A DNA stretch of 64,000 nt from a virus. Location of the stretch: the IMG/VR virus record IMGVR_UViG_3300042090_002485, positions 32,001-96,000 of that record; one strand, written 5' to 3'. The position numbers and the translations under genes are program-made. The stretch's first letter is position 1. Every line of letters begins with the position of its first letter. Below are positions 60,966 through 64,000 of this stretch, piece by piece. The notes beneath the pieces are model-generated. The model saw only the letters and a list, made by a program, of their open reading frames with translations, ran no database searches and was not told where the DNA came from.

Positions 60966-63475
60966 AGTACGTCGTTCGAGAGCAGGTGGTTCCACACCCG
61001 CCGCACGCGGCCAACGTTCATGCTGTACGGGCCGCCCGTCGAGTTGGAGTACGTCTCGAAGAAGGGTTTGACGTCGGGGGTGCTCCACGTGACGCTGGCA
61101 AACGATGCCACGAGTGCGCCGTTGATGTAGCAACGCAGCTCCGCCTGGCCCGATGATAGGGCGGCCACGTTCGCGCCTTCGAACTCGAGCCGAACACGGT
61201 AGGTCGTGTTGGCGGTAACAGCAACGCCCGTGTCAGCGCTGCTGGTCACGCTATCAGCGACACCGAGGTCGAGGTTGGATTCGACCTGGAAGCGCCAGTT
61301 CGTGAGCGTATGGTCCCAGTAGATGCCAAACGCCTGCGCGTCCAACGTGTCATCGGTGACCATCGCGCGAAACACCGCGCCGTGGGCAGAGTCGTCAACG
61401 GCCACCGCTCGCAACATGAACTCGATGACATAGGTCGAGTTGTCGTCGAGCGTTTCGTTGTAGTTGATGGGCCGCACGAATGCGTAGCGGTTGATGCCGG
61501 TGCCAGATGACAGCGCGAGCGAGCGCTGCCGCAAGTTGGAATCGGTCGCTGTGCTGACTGTGATGAAGCCGTTGTTGCCGCCACCTGCGGCACTGACTTG
61601 GAGCGCCCAGCTGAGCGGCATCGAGATGTAGTCGATCTCGATCTGGTAGATGTCGGTCGAACCGCCAACGGAGCCGCTCACCGTCATCTGCAGGTTGAGC
61701 GAGTAGGTCGTGGCGTCGTAATACGCTGGCAGTGCGCCCGCGGACGGGGAAGTACCGAGCGAAAGCACGAAGGGGCTATTGCCGGTGCGGTGGTTGGCGA
61801 CGATCGTCGTCTGCGTGCCGCCGGTGTCGACGTTTTGCAGTGTGGCTGTGAATGTGCTCGTGGCGTCACCGGCCCCCCCGTAAACAGTCACGCCCGTGAT
61901 AAACGAACCATCAGGGATGCCGGCGAGCGCAAGGTCGTACGTTCCACCAGCACTCGGGCTGAAGATGAGCGCGGCGGGCGCTGTGTTCCACGCACCCGTG
62001 GTCCCCGAACCAACAGCGAAGGCCGCAGCCGACGGCGAGATCTTGACAGTGCGCGTCCGCAGCTCAGACCAGTCGTCATTGATCTCGGTGACCTGACCCA
62101 TCCGATAGCCGTTGTGGTCAACGAGCGACCGCGGACGCGTACCGAAGTCACGGTATGTCGCCAGTGGAACGACGTCGCTGTCCGCGAGCGGGCGTGGGTT
62201 ACGCGCAAGCTGCTCGAGCTTGGTGAGCTGCGCCGCGAGCGTGCCTGCGGTCAACCACGACGAGACCGTCGAGCCCTGAACCTTGCCGGTGCCGGTCGAG
62301 CCTGCGAGGTCAGAGACGATCTTGGACAGCTGCAGCTGAACGGTCGTCGCTGGGTTGGTGGTAGCGTCTGCCCAGGCAGGCCCACCTGCGTAGCTCACGC
62401 TCGCCGCGCTGACGGTGCCAAGGTTGACGGCGACGGCGCCGGCGGGCACGGTCACGCCGGTTGCGAACACCAGGTAGCCGTTGACCACCTTGCAGATCGG
62501 GATGGCGTTGACGAGCTTCTCGGGATGGACGCGGCTGTTGAAGAACGTGCCGACGGCAACGGCGGTGTTCGAGTTCTCCGGGATTGCCTGGCGGCGGCCA
62601 CCTGTCGACCCGGTGTCTGACACCATCACGTACTGCAGGCACAGCGCATCGCCCTCGGCCAGGGCCGAGCTGGGGTTGCCAGAGAAGAACGCCGCGAGGT
62701 TCGCCGGCGTGATGGTGTGGCCCTCGCCGTCGTAGTTGCCGGACATGAACTGCTTGGTCTGCGGCGCCAGAAGCAGGTCCGAGCCCGAGGCGCCGACCGC
62801 CAGCGCCGCCGATACGATAGGTGTGGTGTCGCCGACGGGGCCCGCGGGCGTGAGCGCGTTGAGCGCGTTGATCACGGTGGTCAACGTCGTCGAGCCCGTC
62901 GCCACGATGTGGATCGTGCGCTGGTACGTGGTCTCAGCGTCGAGCGTGCAGGAGAACGACGCGCCTGATGCCACATCGATGCTGATCTGGTCACCGTTGG
63001 CGTAGTTGCGGCGCAGCGACGTGACGACGATGCCCGCTGCAGGACCGGTCTTCTGCAGGCCGATCGTACCGAACACCGAGGCGACCGGTGGGATCGGCGG
63101 GGTCTGCGCCGACCCGGGGGTCAGCATCGGCATGAGGTAGAGGTTGTCGCTGATGACGGGGATGCCGCTGGCGGCCACCGTCGTACTGCCGGGCCAGGTG
63201 ATCAGGCCGGGACCCGCGAGGATCAGGTTGCGGTCAGCGTCGCGGAGGTACAGCGAGTCCTTGAAGGTGTTGCGGATCGCTTCGGAGCGCTGCCGGAGGC
63301 TCTGATCGCCGCTGGTGATGTGCGCCGAGTCGAGCGGCTGGCTGTCTTGCAGCGCGTTGATCGACGCGGCGTTGTTCTCGCCGGTGTCGCTGGCGGTGTT
63401 GACCGAGTAGTCGATGAACTGCTGTACGTCGCCAGGCATGGGGCCTCCGTTACGAGATGCGGTTGCGGTGGTCAA
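60962..63475 (-). CDS. Tail fibre/receptor-binding-type virion protein (start may be ATG at 63439)
   Basis: Thr/Ser/Gly-rich beta structure; C-terminal ConA/LamG-like segment (TGVAVTANTTYRVRLEF...YINGALV); lower GC in the distal half. Confidence 0.55.
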   Translation of the reverse strand: MTTATASRNGGPMPGDVQQFIDYSVNTASDTGENNAASINALQDSQPLDSAHITSGDQSLRQRSEAIRNTFKDSLYLRDADRNLILAGPGLITWPGSTTVAASGIPVISDNLYLMPMLTPGSAQTPPIPPVASVFGTIGLQKTGPAAGIVVTSLRRNYANGDQISIDVASGASFSCTLDAETTYQRTIHIVATGSTTLTTVINALNALTPAGPVGDTTPIVSAALAVGASGSDLLLAPQTKQFMSGNYDGEGHTITPANLAAFFSGNPSSALAEGDALCLQYVMVSDTGSTGGRRQAIPENSNTAVAVGTFFNSRVHPEKLVNAIPICKVVNGYLVFATGVTVPAGAVAVNLGTVSAASVSYAGGPAWADATTNPATTVQLQLSKIVSDLAGSTGTGKVQGSTVSSWLTAGTLAAQLTKLEQLARNPRPLADSDVVPLATYRDFGTRPRSLVDHNGYRMGQVTEINDDWSELRTRTVKISPSAAAFAVGSGTTGAWNTAPAALIFSPSAGGTYDLALAGIPDGSFITGVTVYGGAGDATSTFTATLQNVDTGGTQTTIVANHRTGNSPFVLSLGTSPSAGALPAYYDATTYSLNLQMTVSGSVGGSTDIYQIEIDYISMPLSWALQVSAAGGGNNGFITVSTATDSNLRQRSLALSSGTGINRYAFVRPINYNETLDDNSTYVIEFMLRAVAVDDSAHGAVFRAMVTDDTLDAQAFGIYWDHTLTNWRFQVESNLDLGVADSVTSSADTGVAVTANTTYRVRLEFEGANVAALSSGQAELRCYINGALVASFASVTWSTPDVKPFFETYSNSTGGPYSMNVGRVRRVWNHLLSNDVL

Positions 63476-63562
63476 CGAGGCGCGTCAACCACGCCAAGTA
63501 GTCAGACATCGACATGGTCAATCGACCATATTCAGGTTTCATTTGTGCAATCCGTCCCATTG

Positions 63563-64000
63563 TTAGGGCGTCGCCGTGAAACTGATGGTCCAACTATAAT
63601 CTATGACAATTGCTGAGCTTTTCGCAATGCCGGGGTAGACCTGGTGCGCGAACAAGCGAGTGGTGCCTGGCGTGGTGCCTGGCGTGTCGCTGGTCGAGAA
63701 CGCGGTGCCGCCTGTGAACAGCCCCGCCTCGGTCAGCGTGTGGCCGTTGGCATCGCCAGATTCGAGCGTCGCGATGAAGCTGATCTCGCCCTGGGCGATG
63801 GTGACCTTGCCGACGTCGCCGAGCGCGACGCCGAACACGAACGCGCCGAGGTTGATGTCCGAGCGCGACGGCTGGTTGGTCGACGTACCCATGCGCATCG
63901 AGTAGATCGCGTCGCCGAGTGCGGTCGGGTCGGTCGCACGCTGCGCGATCAGCTCGACCAGGACGTCAGCGGCGAGGAAGGTGATCTTGTTGCGGATCGC
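63563..64000 (-). CDS. Baseplate/tail-fibre-proximal protein, C-terminal part (runs off the right edge)
   Basis: Open frame from 64000; FIATLE...LTEAGLF...LFAHQVYPGIAK...YSWTISF pattern. Confidence 0.6.
   Translation of the reverse strand, partial: AIRNKITFLAADVLVELIAQRATDPTALGDAIYSMRMGTSTNQPSRSDINLGAFVFGVALGDVGKVTIAQGEISFIATLESGDANGHTLTEAGLFTGGTAFSTSDTPGTTPGTTRLFAHQVYPGIAKSSAIVIDYSWTISFTATP

Noticed and set aside
63594-63600. CTATAAT on the plus strand
   Set aside because: It lies inside a minus-strand coding region (IVIDYSW) with no downstream plus-strand gene. Probably chance, although an antisense promoter is not excluded.
1-64000. Alternative genetic code, DGR/reverse transcriptase, integrase or tubulin/nuclear-shell genes
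   Set aside because: Genes read through intact in the standard code, and none of these motifs was recognised in this window.

Overview
This window is a 64 kb internal segment of a large, high-GC (about two-thirds G+C by eye) tailed phage with a contractile tail. No host genes, rRNA, tRNA or CRISPR array were recognised. The minus strand from 1 to 29952 is one head/neck operon. In transcription order it reads portal, a multi-subunit RNA polymerase (beta fused to the N-half of beta' and carrying an intein, with the beta' C-half as a separate gene), about 20 small or low-complexity inner-head proteins, prohead protease, scaffold-like proteins, decoration protein, major capsid, adaptor, neck and tail terminator, then the start of the sheath gene. 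The region 30005-60965 is mostly plus-strand replication and accessory genes: SNF2 helicase, two PD-(D/E)XK nucleases, putative SSB, primase-helicase, UDG-PolA, DEDDh exonuclease, AAA/VWA pair, DUF932, RuvC and class II RNR. Minus-strand sigma factor, intein-bearing terminase and virion genes are interspersed among them. The window ends in tail fibre/baseplate genes. The most interesting candidate system is a head-cargo code: a shared short N-terminal helix (F/Y-x-x-G-x-x-A-A-L-x-x-F) followed by recurrent K-x-A motifs, which I infer to be packaging and protease-maturation signals. It appears to extend to the RNAP itself, suggesting a virion-packaged, proteolytically matured polymerase. Other features are a sigma factor with a duplicated region 4, -10-only promoters, and synonymous recoding next to a free-standing endonuclease. 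All product calls come from motif recognition and gene order, without database searches.
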